Shown in pieces: positions 61,891 through 64,000 of a stretch of DNA of 64,000 bases (its first letter is position 1; each line of letters starts with the position of its first letter). The stretch lies in NCBI GenBank assembly GCA_963514005.1, contig OY740798.1, positions 11,532,001 to 11,596,000 on the forward strand. The letters are read 5' to 3'. Below the pieces are notes generated by a model, which had not been told where the DNA came from, ran no database searches, and worked only from the letters and a program-made list of their open reading frames with translations. Source of the DNA: Raja brachyura (taxonomy: Eukaryota). Made by a program: the position numbers and the translations under genes.

Positions 61891-64000
61891 AAAAATAATA
61901 GATTTGATATATCCACATATAAACTCTACTGTAATAGTGGATCAACATATCTACTGTTATAAATCTCATATCCAAAAATATTCCTCGCTGTTTGAACCAC
62001 ATTTTTACAATGTGAGTTTCCTTTTAAGAGATAGTCAAAACAAATATGTATTTTAAATTGAAAGCAGTTTAAGGAGGGAATGACATGAAATTAGACCTCA
62101 AGCTTCTGCTTCATATCACTTCATATTATTTTGAACTTGTTCATGAATCCACAAGGGAATCAAAGCTTGATATGCTCCCTTCTGAATCTGCATAATTCTG
62201 TGCGACAGCCCAGTCAAGAGGTGTCGCCCAGTGATATTTAAATCTCCACATAAACAAAAATCATTAACCCCTTGGATGGCAGAGAACTTAATGCACATTG
62301 TGAGTGAGGCTTTTTTTAATCTTTGGTTTTAAATGGAAAATGTGTCCAAGATACAATCAAATACATAACTGTTCAGAAAAGCCATTTCCTAACACTCCCA
62401 GTTCCACAGAAATGTAAAATAAACAGGAAGTTTTAAAGTACCTTTTGATAAATCTTGCTTCACTCCCATTTAACAAAAAACAAATTGAGTAATGATAATT
62501 GAAGTTTATATTTTATTTATTTTTGTGTTTTACAGTATTGCCTCTGGTCTCAATGCACACTGTGCATTTATTTCGAAAAAAAATAATATTGTTTTTATTG
62601 CGTAATCTTAAGATGCGTCAAACAGTTTTATTTAATGTTTATATTTTAGTTATTTTTGTAATAATAGGATAGTGGATTCCTGTTACATATTAAGTACTTG
62701 AAGATCAACATACACATTGACATGCATAAGCAAGCCTATGTCCACACATAATGCTGTAAATTATTACACTTATGTTTTTCCTGCTCTTCTATCAGGAAAT
62801 ATATGTGCATGGTAAAATCAACTGAAATCTATCAACTGAGTTATATGAAAATCTATGGACTGTGTATTAACAGATAAAGTTGCCATTTCGTCTTGTATAA
62901 CTTCCATAAATTTAATCAATTAAATTATCGTGTATATATCTTAGCACACTGAATCAAATAATTAAGTAGTTGTTTATAGTTTTTGAATATATTTCTATGA
63001 ATACTGATAATAATCCTTAAAACATGATACACTATGCAGGGCAATAAGTTCAAAAGTATGCTTAGAAACATAATTATGTTTCCTAATTTATTATAGAGTA
63101 AAATACGTTGGCAGTGACTTCATTGCATGCCCAGCATGCTTGTACCAAATTGCACATCCTGCTATTATAATAGAGGAAAAGCATTTTTATTCCAATGATT
63201 TGGAATATCTATTTCTGAATGTAAGTCAGACTGTAAAATATTGGTGTAGATTATTTTGGCAAAATAAACCTTTTCTGTGCTCCTAGTCCTATTTAAAATG
63301 TATGTAAGATTAGAGGTGTCCTGGAGTTTTGAAAAGGAGCTCAGAAATCAATGTATTAATAGAAAATAGCTCTATGTAAGCAAAACATTTTGACAGATAA
63401 ATATAACCACAAAACAGTTTTATTTTCTATTCAAAATGTGGTGCTATAAGAATGTTGTTTTCAGTTAGAAGTGGGGGATTTATCAGTAATTCATATTTTT
63501 GTGCAATATCATCTGAGTCACTAGGCTGGAACTGACCATAATATATATCAGCAACAAATGTTTGGCTGTTTTACATCACATTCCTCTGTCCAGTATTTTA
63601 GTGGTAGTGCAGACTCATTTAAATAAACAATAAACTGTAAATCTACTTATACATCAAGCAATATGTGCCCAATTACATCAGCAAGTACATTTCCTGGCTG
63701 TCACATTATTTGCACAATGGATACCTTTTTACCTTTTAATACACTGTGGTTGAGAACAAAAAAAGTTTATTCTGATGTCAATGAAGGAAAATATATGCAC
63801 GGTAGCCTTTATTTTTTAATCTACATGGGTGGTAATCCGATGTGCATTACTGGCCCATATAGAACTTGCCCCAGATTATTTGCATTCATATACTGGATTA
63901 ATCTGCAGCCAGATTCTATAAAGGTTTGCAACCTGCTCAATCAGATTACTTCCCAGACGGTGAAAGAAAATTGAGGCCCACAACTACTTGTAGGAAAAGG

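Noticed and set aside
35373-64000. Further dcdc1 coding exons
   Set aside because: I checked several AG acceptors (53262, 53721, 60597, 62535) and found no DCDC1-like peptide. The region is treated as one long intron, though a divergent small exon could have been missed.
1-64000. CRISPR array or prokaryotic operon
   Set aside because: Eukaryotic intron-exon DNA; the repeats are dispersed TEs with no regular repeat-spacer periodicity.

Overview
AT-rich vertebrate genomic DNA, almost certainly from a cartilaginous fish (elasmobranch, probably a skate or ray), judging by abundant HE1-type tRNA-derived SINEs, CR1 tails and Penelope-derived short repeats. The window covers the 5' part of a + strand gene recognisable as dcdc1 (doublecortin domain-containing 1). 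Six coding exons (4629-4871, 7783-7942, 11673-11835, 22981-23186, 28014-28107, 35206-35372) splice in frame with GT-AG boundaries, followed by more than 28 kb of intron. The introns hold many decayed retroelements (CR1, L1-like, Rex1/Babar-like, Penelope-like, SINEs), two TIR elements and TE-free blocks that look like conserved non-coding elements. The most striking observation is a ~135-141 bp mobile element present in three copies (44992-45132 +, 39959-40094 -, 57579-57713 -). Its first ~53 nt fold into a minimal HDV-like ribozyme sharing L3 (UUCACGU), J1/4 (GU) and J4/2 (CGAA) with the mammalian CPEB3 ribozyme. In the two copies with clear target-site duplications, the element starts exactly at the predicted cleavage-site G. 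A second ribozyme-bearing family, Penelope-derived mini-elements with minimal hammerhead cores, is also abundant. All family assignments are by eye and recall; no searches were run.
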